Assembly (NCBI RefSeq): GCF_006345805.1
Contig: NC_042997.1
Coordinates: 79,856,001 to 79,920,000, forward strand
Length of the DNA: 64,000 nucleotides
Direction: 5' to 3'
DNA from: Octopus sinensis
Taxonomy: Eukaryota
Under the pieces are notes generated by a model, which was given only the letters and a program-made list of their open reading frames with translations, was not told the DNA's origin and made no database searches. Shown here piece after piece: positions 23,738 through 34,698 of this stretch; positions within the stretch are counted from its first letter, which is position 1; every line of letters begins with the position of its first letter. The position numbers and the translations under genes were made by a program.

Positions 23738-23822
23738 CTTTCCCGAAGAGAAGATTGCATTGTTTATACCTTTTATTCTTTTGAATAAGTATCAGTGGAA
23801 TTTTTGAAACATATGTAGAAAG
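23738..23822 (+). ncRNA. Hammerhead ribozyme of the PLE (3' pseudo-LTR copy), CCGAAGA core
   Basis: ctttc-CCGAAGA-[56-nt extended stem II]-GAAA-CATATG-TA-gaaag, with perfect stem I and palindromic stem III ACATATGT. Confidence 0.7.
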
Positions 23823-24010
23823 AAAAAATACTTGTTTAAACCTGCGTTAACTCCATTTTTTATTCCTATTATTCAAATATTCAACGTAAACACGAAGTTT
23901 CAACCTTTATAAACAAGGAGTTACAACATCTTTACTTGTGAGATTTTTGCTGTCCTGGTAACTATTCATTCATTTATCCGTGTTAAATGTTAACAAGGTA
24001 AAATACACTC

Positions 24011-24049
<39 letters not shown>

Positions 24050-24252
24050 TGAGGCAGCTAGTTAGCAGAGTTTCACCTAAAAAGAAAACAATAAATATGT
24101 CTGAGGATGTTAGAACACCTACGCTGCTAGAAATAAGAGATAAATGGCTCTACTGCTTCTGTCAGCGCACATATAATTCTAGACATATATACATACACAT
24201 GCCAGCAGCGACCGTAGATGGCCGATCCATAAAAAGTTTTTGGGAGTATACA

Positions 24253-24677
24253 TGTAACGATTAGTTCTTCGTTTTAGTTGAGGGTCACCAATCGTAACGG
24301 TTATGGTTAAGGTGTTGGTCGCCAGTGTAACGGTTTGCATTATGATCTATGTTGGAGTTGACAGTTAGTGATTGCATCGTGTGTTGCTATTGCAGATGTG
24401 CAAGATAGAAGAACAGTGATCGAAGTTGTAAAGAAAGATATATAGTTACTGTAACTTTATATAATGCCATGCCTCGATGGACAGGTAATATATTCGTAAA
24501 GATGCGAAGCAAAGATAGTTGTCGTAGATTTTCCTTATATAGTTTGTGTTTGTGTTCTCGTCATAGTGTAGTAGTAAACTACAGATAGAGATGTAGTAAA
24601 GTTCTAGAGAAAAGAAAGTGAGCTAGTGACAGTGAGAGAGTCGAGGGAAGTTGTGTCTCATAGTCGTTGATTGTAAC
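24253..24677 (-). mobile_element. Possible solo LTR
   Basis: Minus strand runs (T)GTTACAATC...TCGTTACA over ~425 bp, with a TATATAAG box near 24533-24540. It is CpG-richer than the flanks; the TSD was not verified. Confidence 0.4.
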
Positions 24678-27600
24678 TTTCTTTTTCCTTCTGGCCGTTT
24701 GATCTCAAGTGGCTGCCTGCTTGTGGCCATGACTCTAGTTGTCCGTTCACTAACTTCTTTTATTCGGCACACAGGCCATGACACAAAGGGAACAGCACAT
24801 TGCTCGTGACCTCGCTCCAGTTTTTCTCCATCTGGAGATCTGGTCCAAACCAGACCACAAGCAATTTAACCGGGCCCTCCGTCCAACGACGCTGTTGGGA
24901 GGCATCGCCTTCCCGATTCCAGGTGCCGAGTTGCAAGCCGACTGATTTTTCCTGGTTAATTTTTGCTCCTGCTACCGCTTCGTATCCTTTGATGGCGTCT
25001 TATACACGAGGTAGCTGCTTTCATCAGACACGATGATGGTGACATCATCCCAATATACAGCCGCTCTCCTACCGTAACATAGATCAGGCGGGTCACCCCC
25101 ACCCCGTGTACTCCAACCTCCGCAGCAATGGCTCAAGAGCCAAAACATACAGAAGAGGGGACAGGGGGAAGCCCTGGTGAACTGAACGTTCGCTCGCGAA
25201 CAGCCTCGAGAAGAAACTGTTTATCCGGCCGATTGAATCGATGTCGCTATACATAGCATTGATCCATCCACGGAAAGTCGGGCCCAGTCCGACCGCCGCC
25301 AGATACCGATGGTTAACTCTATCGAATGCTTTAGACTGGTCTAAATTCACCAGTGCCCCACCTTTGCCAGAAATTTTACCCACCCGCTCTATAGTGTAGC
25401 GTATGAGGTGAAGGTTGTCGTGTATTGTCCTGCCTGGAATGGCACATGTCTGTGCCTCTCTCACCAGGACGCCCACGACAAGCCTCACTCTCTTGGCTAA
25501 CACCTTGGCCAAAATCTTTAACTCTGTTTAGCAGAATTATGGGCCTAAAGTTATTAGTGTTATTCCCCTTGTTCGGGTCCTTCCTGATCAGTGTCACTAC
25601 TCCCCGACTCACAGATTTGGGAATTCTCCTGTTCTGCTGCCGGTTTACGTATACACCGGCCAGTATGTTCCCGAACAATTCGTAAGGAAGACCATTCAAT
25701 CCCGGCGACTTGTCCCCGGGGCAGTCGGAAAGCACTTCTATGACCTCCACAGCTGTGATCATCCCTTCATAGCGCTCCGCCTCGCGTGCCGAGAGACATG
25801 GGCCGTCGGCCAGAAAATCCCGAAGGGCATCCCCATGGTCCAGCGTCCCGCTCCTCCCGAACAACGCAGTGAAATGCTCCTGAAAGGCCTTCTTGTCCGT
25901 CGATCTCCTGTCCTTGTTCATTTACCACAGACCTCATCGTAGCATCTACGCCACGTTGAGTTTCTACAGAGCGAGCCCACCCGGTAACGTTGATACCTTC
26001 GCGACCCAATGCACGTACTTCAGCCCGGACCCTGCAACTTTCGTGTTTGGAATTGAGGTGTCGGTCGAAGGCCGATCTCGCCGCCAAAACTTGAGGTGCA
26101 GAGCCCACTCTCAACGCCTCTTCTAACGCCTTAACTAGAGACTCTTCTACTCTAGCCTGCACTATACTTAACTGTTTGCTAAATCTAATAGACTCAAGTC
26201 GAATAGCTCTTTTGAGGCTACCCCACCACCGGTTATTCAACACGGTACCAGTGAGTGCCCTCATGACTAATTCCTTAATCTGGTTACGGTATGTTTCGCA
26301 AGCCAAAAGGGTCTTGTTCAACTTCTAGTAACCAGATCCCTGTCTATGGACTCGGATTCTCGAGTCTGAATCGATCTGCCAGCCTATATCACTTCAGCAG
26401 ATCGATGAGGCGTGAGTTACTTTTCCTATCGGTCGGGCCAACGCTTTCCAGGCGTGCATCCAGAACAGCGTTAAAGTCTCCTAACATTACTATCGTCCTT
26501 GGCGTCACAAGAAAATCCTCCAGGCATCGATAGAACTCATTCCGTTTGCCCTTTGTGCAAGGCGCGTAAATACCTACCAACCTGAAGGTCTTACCACTGA
26601 AAGTCAGATCCAGAATGACCGAATCACCTTCTGGGTCGACAAAGACTGCGAGTGTCTGTAGAGCCAAGCCTTTTCGGATCAAAACCTCAACGCCACTCCC
26701 TCCCCCTGTCCAACTAGGAGATATGATTTTCTCATAGTCTTTCAGGAGGTTTTTGAGAAGGCCTGCAGCTTGTCCAACTTGGTCTCTGTAGCAACCATAT
26801 CAATTTTAAGTGACCTGAGGTCGTCGAGGAAACAGGCTTGCTTCCACTTCGAACTCAGGCCACGCACATTTAGACAACCTACACGTAGCGTAGCCATGAC
26901 AAAAACAGGAACAGAAGGAAATCTACTTACATTTTAGCCTAGGGGAAATCATCCTCAGCACTGGTGCGGCTAGGATTTTCCCCTTTATTTCTTCCATGGG
27001 CGGTTTTTCCGGTAGGTCGAACACTTTTGGTAAGTCTTTTAGCTCGATAATTTCTTTAGGAAATCTGTTCTTCAAGTCCTTGTAAAGTACTTTAGGGATC
27101 GTCGCAATGCTGTTCGGATTTTTACTGTTACTCGTTAGGTATATTTTGCTTTGTAAATGGGGTTTAATTACCCCCGTCATTGAGTTTACCACTGTGGTCA
27201 TTTCTTTTTTGGGCTTGGGTTTGTATATTTTTATCGATATAAATGTTTTCTCTTTGTGTTTTTTTTTTCCTTCCGGGTTATTTTTTTTTCTTTCTTTGGT
27301 TTTCGGAGCCGCCTCTTAAGTAGGCGACTCCACTGCTTTTTTTTATTTTTCGCGACACTGTCTCGAAGTCCATTCCTTCTGCTGACGGTGTCACTTCGAC
27401 TGGTTTTACGATTTGTTCTGATTCAGTGGCTGCCCTCTGCATAACAGCCTCCGTGACTGAGGGCACCTCCTCTTCTACATTTTCTTCTTGTTCCTTCTCC
27501 TGTGCTTGTTCCTTCTGCTGTGCTTTTTCCTGTTGGGGGCAATTCGACCTCAGGTGCCCCATTTTTCTGCATTTGAAGCACCTGGGCTTCCTCCCCTCTA

Positions 27601-28333
27601 CATGCACAGCTAATATGGTGTCTTTGCCAATGCATATCTTTTCTGGGGTTTTTTTCCAGGTCCATTGTTGTTGCCTGGGCCAAGATCTCCAGAGTTTGCC
27701 CTCGCCAGTTTTGTGGGGCGTCTCTAGAGACCTGTATTATATTTATTTTCTCCTCCCTCCCGTATAGTAGGGTGGCAATTATCCACGCAATCTCAGTCCC
27801 CGGTGAGATATTTTAAATCTTAATCCGGAACGTTCTACGTCCCAGATATAGTGGTAGCAACATAATGCTACCACTTTGCAAGGTTCGAGTTCTTTTGCCT
27901 TCTCGGCTGATTGAAATCTCGCTTCTACAGTCGCAAATTTAGTAAGTACCTCGGGTCAGGTATTATATCCGGCCTAACACTGGCCCGAGGGACTTTTCTA
28001 CGGTACTTTCTTCGAAGTATTCAAATTTATTGTTCTCACAATCGTATGTTTTATAAATAATTGTGCTTTCCTTTGTGCGATTCAAAATCACGCTAGGGGG
28101 CGTAATTCGGCTTTCGCCATTTTCTTCCTATATCATCCCGTACAAGGCCTGTATTTCCTCTTTTTTGAAGGTTATATTTTCTTTTCCCTCCACAACGGAG
28201 GCGAAATTTCTTCAACTGAAGACATTTTCACTCTTTTTTTTAAACACACAATATTGTTGCGAAAACAATGGCAAAGCTCGTTCCAAATGGAACAAACACA
28301 GTTCGTAAATAATACAAACAATTCCTTCCTCCG
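24678..28333 (-). mobile_element. Tx1/L1-clade LINE, near full-length 5' part, frameshifted, 3' part of ORF2 deleted
   Basis: ORF1 has zinc knuckle PRCFKCRKMGHLRSNCP (27278-27607). ORF2 starts MATLRVGCLNVRGL at 26897, with APE motifs (GIYAP, LGDFNAVLD) and RT motifs KSPGLNGLPYE, NFRPIILLN, QTCAIPGRTIHDN, LDQSKAFDRVNH, QGFPLSPLLY and YWDDVTI. The 3' end is A-rich near 24678. Confidence 0.9.
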
Positions 28334-28334
28334 T

Positions 28335-28510
28335 GGGGGAAGGGTATCTTTTTTTTTCTTCACAAATGTAAATAAACCCAATCTGTTTCTTAAACGAGGG
28401 ATATATTCATACGGCACAGAATGTTGTTTACCTCAATGGACGTTAGTGATTGGTTGAAATTGCAGAAATTGAAGAAAAAAACAACAAATATCTTACAAAC
28501 TATAGAATTT
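28335..28510 (+). mobile_element. Fragment of Merlin-like MITE arm
   Basis: Matches 12531-12705 (gaagggtatctttttt..cacaaatgtaaataaacccaatctg...tatcttacaaactatagaatttt). A more diverged piece lies at ~28935-29122. Confidence 0.75.
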
Positions 28511-29999
28511 TACTTGCAGCCAGTCATATACCCGGACGAGAATCCGTTGTCTCTGATATAGGTAAAAGCGAAAATTGGGAAAAAGATGAAAAGGCCGAAA
28601 TGTATCTGGGGTTCTCGCTGGCTGTTGCTGCTGGGACAAATTTTCTTCTCCCTTCGATATCTATTGTTTTTAATTGATCACATCCATAAGAGATGCTATC
28701 ATAGGATAAATTCCTCAATAACTGGATAACTGTCCTATCGACAGTGTGTATACATTAAAAATGAAAAATGAAGCGCGAACGATTACGGTGGTGCCATGAA
28801 GTAAACATGCTTCAGATACACTCGTTTATTCATACAAACGTAACTGAGATGAAATATGTCATAAATAACAGTGACAAACGAAATATACACCGCCGGAACT
28901 TGTTGACAAACAACAGCAGCAATTTTATTTAGTTGAATACACGTCATTGATTGGTTGAAATTACCGAAATACAACTTTAACAAGAAATAACTTCCAAAAT
29001 ACTGAATTTTTTCAACAACGCCAAGAGTAAAAGATGTTTTATGTGACACATTCTACAAGTATACGAAGTTTGAAAGTGTTTAGTTACAAAAAATTATTTA
29101 AAACAAATCTGTCGGTCAAAAGCTTTATATGTTCATCTGGTGTTCTAGCTAGCGGCTGCTAGGACAACTTTTCCTGTATCCCTGATATTTATTGTATTTT
29201 TAACACAGCATGTCTATGAGATGTTATCTCGGGACATATACTGCAGTAACTAGCCATATTCCTCGTATGTATACACGAGGTATGATACATTGCTCTTTCC
29301 TTCCTTCTCTCTCTTAGCCATCGGACATCCAAGACTTCGAAGTCATTATCAACTCTATTCTTGTAAAAGAAGTGTGTGTGTTGTAAAGTCGAGTATGTGC
29401 GTAAACAATGGCCTCTTGTATAAGACAGAAAGGATTACATAGAAACAACGCGCTACATTCGCCATATTACATAGTTGACTTCTCAGTCAATTAACTGAAT
29501 TAATTACCGTTCTGTAGCGTATTTTACAGACAAAACAACGCACCTTAGAATTTTTATTGATATTCATAAAGACCAGCATGCTTCACCATCATTCTTTTTT
29601 TTTTTAATGAAGGTCATTGCTTGCGTGCACACTCGACAGCTCTACCTCTATATGTATGTATATCTGTATGCACCTATGTATCTATATATGCACAAAGACA
29701 GACACACACACGTATAATACGATACAACACACGGCATATACTAGGTATGATTCAGTATCACAATGTTTTTGGGAGTTCAGTAAAACATAAAAAAATATAA
29801 TTTTATCAGATGCCCTGCGGTCAAAAATGTTTACGCTGGGTTCCAAGTATTTTAAAAATAGTAAAGGACCATTTATTCCCAAACAAACCCGATCAATGAA
29901 TGATAGTTAGTTTAGAAATAGGTGTGGAGAAGTTTGATGCTCATGGCTTGTTTATTCTTTAAAAAATAGAAGCCTTCGGTTTTCTTTTGTTGTTTGCTA

Positions 30000-31520
30000 T
30001 TTTCATGAAATACCAATCAGTCTTCATTGGAAGAAGAAAATACATCAGATCACCGGAAAGCACTAGAAAGGCCTAGTGCCCATGTAAAGCAGAAATTTAA
30101 AAAAAAATTGCGACTGCTTCATCCAATGATAAGAAAACTTTAAAAAAAAATTAGGAATCGTTAACATTAGAATTTCAAGCTCAAATTGCATCAGTAACAA
30201 AAATGATGAAACGTTCTCAATACAATCCTTCATTGCATAATTTTTTCAGTAACTCAAACCCTTACATTGCATGCTCAAGGAAATCTATAGAAAGGAAGAA
30301 GAGAACAATTTTTTATTATTATTAAGATTGTAATGCTATTTCTGACCAGGACATAGCATAACAACAGCGTGGAAAAGAAACCTGGTAAAATATATTTATT
30401 TCCATTAGTGCAGAATTAATGTATTTTATACAGTTCGCCAGAAATTGCTATAGAACATTCATAAAACCACCTATTTTGGCCTTTTGTTTGATTCTACTTC
30501 AGATTAAGCACGTCGAGAGCAAATGGCAGAAACAATTTTTATAAAATACTCTTAGACTTCTCGAACTAAAACGAAATTATGCTCAAAGCATAATGAAAAG
30601 TAATTTGGGGACAATTTATATAAGACGAAATGTCATTAGAAAACTGTTCTCAATGCAATAACTATGTTGCAGTTAGGGACTGGTTATAAAAGAGGTGTTC
30701 AAAAGAGGATTAAAGAAAAAATTACGAGCTATTTTTTGTTAACTGCGTTAATCATTCTCTCAATTTGGTTGGAGTGCGCGCTGTTAACGACAATGTGTTG
30801 ATGGTAATATTTTCCGGGGCAATTCACTCGCTTTTTCTTTCTTTTTTCCTGCTCAACTATCCGTTAATAAAGGCTGAAAGATGATACCAAAGGTGTTAAA
30901 AGTGAAACTGATACTCAATGGAAATCCAGAACAGATTATAACCCAGTTCATGAATAATAGCTTTCACAGGAGAACTTTCGCAAAGCAACAAAAGGCGATG
31001 CAAAGCTGATGAATAAATTTTAACCTTTAATTTCTTTATTTTGGATAGTTAGAATACTGAAAGCGAAAGATACCCATTAAGAAAGAAGACAAATGCCTAC
31101 TGAAGAAGCCAAGGGTTAACAGAGGAAATTATAAGAAAATCGAAATAGACTATTAAACTATTAATGGTCTCCATAAATGGAAGAAACATTTGTCCGTCCC
31201 CATGACTTGTATTAAGAATTTGGATTTCTGTCAAAAGCGAGAGGATTACTGTTTGATTGGGGAAGTTGCTTCAACTTTGAACAATTTTATAGTACTGATA
31301 GATTTGAGCTTTTTTTGTTCAGCGTGGAAATTCATTTTTTTTCCATATCCAAGAATAGCTATTGAGAAAATGCACACTATTGCAATTTCTATTATCAGCT
31401 GTGAGCGATCTTTTAGCAAGTTGAAATTCATCATTACATTTGAGAGCTTCAGTGAACTTAAAAGATCTTTCGGCTTTAATGTTGGAAAATACAAATGTTG
31501 ATGATATTATCAATGTGTTT
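30000..31520 (+). mobile_element. hAT transposase remnant
   Basis: FVNCVNHSLNLVG (CxxHxLNL) near 30735-30775 and dimerisation-domain motif TIAISIISCERSFSKLKFI in ORF 31190-31501. Confidence 0.8.
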
Positions 31521-32161
31521 GCATTGTTGAACGCTAAAAATTATATGTATAGTTTAAAACTATATTCAAAATTATTCATGAAAAAGAGGTGGAATCAGGG
31601 CATTTCTTTGTAAGATGAATATATAATTAGAAAATGATTTCATTTCAATAAATGTTCACATTTTTGTATTGTTTTACTTGTACTAATAATTTCGGGGTTG
31701 TAATTGTTTGACAAGTCACTCGATCTGAGACCATGAATGAAAAGAAGCAATTATGCAGTGGGAGAACCCCCTTAGTCATCTAACAATAAAAAACTGTTAC
31801 ATTAACTTTATTTCCTGAGGTATTATGCAATAAATGAAAAGTGAAGATAAGTTTTTGTGTGCATTAATAATTGTGTTGTGTGTATGTTTTATATATAACT
31901 ACTTTTCTTTTAATCATAAAATAGTCTTGGTATAGATATATTTGTTATTCTAAATAACAAGTTATTACTGGTTTTATAGGCGTCATTTATTGATTTACCC
32001 TCTGTAGAGGTGTGTTCCTGTGTAGAAGTGGTGCAAGTAATTCCTAACAGAATATTTTTACCTTCTATAATGTGGTTTGCTTGTTTTATTGTGTGTAATG
32101 GTTGATTGTATTTGATGTTCTTTGGTGTCAGTGAATTTAGTTGGCACTACTTTTAGTTTTA

Positions 32162-32432
32162 CAGTGGTGGACTGGTCACGTTGCCAGCTTACCCGATGTC
32201 AAGTTGACTCCTACGCCATTAGAATCCGTATATGGGGGCCCATCTCCTCAAGTTTGAGAATTTTAAAATTCACTTTTGGAAGAATGCATTAATTATTTCA
32301 ACCTGGTTGTGTTTGTAGACAGTTGAAAAGAATACTTATAACAAAAAGAAAAATTAAATCATAGTATTGTAGTTGTGGGTGGGTCCCCTTAATCTCCTGG
32401 CGACCAGTATTTTGAGATCCAATCCGCCACTG
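32162..32432. mobile_element. Possible hAT-type MITE or element end
   Basis: cagtggtggactgg ... ccaatccgccactg form 14-bp imperfect TIRs; no TSD seen. Confidence 0.4.
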
Positions 32433-34664
32433 GGCATGTAGGTGGTTGATGTAAGGTTTCGAGTATGTATTAATATGTTGCGAAAATAATGAACTTATGT
32501 CTTTATGAATATAGTTATGAAAGAAGTATGAACATTTTAATACTTTCTTGGACTCTTAATATATGAATTCTTTCTTTTTGTAAACTCATGAGAAGCTGCA
32601 ACATTTTCAATTTTCTCAAGAACATAAGCATCGTGAGAAAAAGGAATTGACTTCAACCGGTTTTTGCTCGCCATATTTTCAAAATAAGTAATCCTTCTGG
32701 CTGAGTATAAAGCCAATAAAGGACAGGTACAACTGACTGAATTGATCCAATATTTTGGATACTTAGTATTGATACTACAGCTAGACTTTCTGCCTAATCT
32801 ACATCTTGAAGCAGTAATGGAAGATTTCAAGATTAGAGTCCTTCTTGAATGGAGAAAATTTAGTTCCCATGATGTTTGAGGAAAAGAAAAGATGTATCAG
32901 GAAGAGTATGTTTTGAGGAAATCCGAAGGTGAGAATGACCGACTTGAAGCCTCATAATCTAAATATTTATTTTGTTGGTAGTCACTCGATGTTGATTGAA
33001 ACATGACTAAGAACTTGATATTATGTACTCGGTGCAATCACAGGTCTAATGGCATTTGAAGTAAGTAAACATAGATTGCGGAAAGACTTAAAATAAATAA
33101 AGTGGGGTTGGGGGTACAAAAGGAAGTTTTGCCTAGATTACTTAAGCATGACTGAAGATTTTAATCTACCTTGATTATTCGTGGGGGATAATACACACAC
33201 ACACACACACTCTCTCTATTTCCTAGATGGTCTCATTTATTTACTGGATAATCGACTAAAAGTATGTCCATAATTGTTGCTCCCCCCACCACCACCACTG
33301 TCAATCCTGATCGATCAGACCAATTATCTAAAGTATTCCAGCCGTAACTGCTCCGTCTCATTTTAAAGGTATGTAGGACGATAGAATCTGTGTTCTGTCC
33401 TATATAAAAAGGAAGAGTATGGCTTGAGGGAGATTTGGCTGATATTTCAAGCAGGTCAAGCGAGCATGTAGAGTCGTTTGGTCTAAGTTGGTGGAATTTT
33501 GTTTTTGTTTGCGACAAGAAATATACTTGTGCGATACTCGTATCAGAAATGAAATCAGGATTGTGAAAAAAGAACGGAAGAATATAATAGTTGGAAATAA
33601 AAGTTAACTTTAAAGGTATAAAATGAAGTGAGCAACTAAGTGACTACTCTAGGAGAATGAACATGTGGATGCCGCACAGAGAAAAAGAAAAAAAAGCCTT
33701 TGTTTAATACTTCTACTTTCATATTGTCATTGGGACAATTGAATTTCCCCTCGTAATTTCCTCGACATAGAAACAGAAATAGTTTAAAATATCAATCGAA
33801 ATGTTTATTTTTTTTTTATGAAACAGGTGAGTATTATACAACTGAAAGAAGTTGTTTATTATAAATTTAATAAACAACGCAAGGTACCCTCCTTTCCTCT
33901 CATTCAGTCTGTCTATGTATGTATGTATATATGCATGCATGCATGTATGTATATGCATGTTTCTCCGGAAGTTCGTTGACCAAGTAGGACACAGCTCTCA
34001 CTGTCTTTACCCCTTCTTTTGAAAGTACTATTTAGTTTCTTTATTTTTATCATGACCCAGTGGAACATATTTTCAGTCTGAATTAAAATAAACTTCTTTT
34101 TTTGTAAAGTTAATCGTAATATGTTACAAAAAATTATTATTATAGGACTCGGATAAGTAGATAAAGGAATATTTGCATTTATTTATCCTTTCCTACGAAC
34201 TTTTTGACGAACCTCCAAGTGATATTCTTGCTGGCAGCCTAATGCTGAGAGCGTTAAAGCTATTCCGAAGCAGTCAGTCAGTTATTTAGCCCGAGGTGTT
34301 TACATTTGTTATTTCTAGTAGCTTAGTCGGGGATTACAATACGCTGAACAGGTAGTAGTAAACGTACTGTGACATAGCTAACTGATTATTTCCGCATCCA
34401 AACGGACAGGTGAACCTCAATAACTTGTGTGTGGCCTGCTTACACAATGACAGCCACATGCTTCATTTAGAGAGCAACTGCGCAAGTTAAGGATTGTTTT
34501 AAAACATCAAATGACTTCTATGTTTTAGAAAGACAAGCCCTCTTCGATCAGGTACGTGCCTATATAACTAACACTAATAAGAGAGAAATAAAAAGCAAGA
34601 TATTTGAAAAGGAAAATTGACGTTAGACACTTTGAAATGGTTGTTTGTTAGTAAAAGTATCTAT

Positions 34665-34698
<34 letters not shown>

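Larger units (their letters stand above)
18991..24021 (+). mobile_element. Penelope-like retroelement, complex tandem/inverted insertion in (TA)n
   Basis: 18991-19834 is the reverse complement of 23024-23867, and ~19835-20373 is the reverse complement of ~21826-22367. 20380-21158 is a direct pseudo-LTR copy of 23243-24021 (period 2863 bp). (TA)n flanks both sides. Confidence 0.95.

Noticed and set aside
32537-32830. 97-aa minus ORF with ENVAASHEF, reminiscent of a pogo/Brinker-type HTH
   Set aside because: The similarity is too short to support and no transposase core is nearby.
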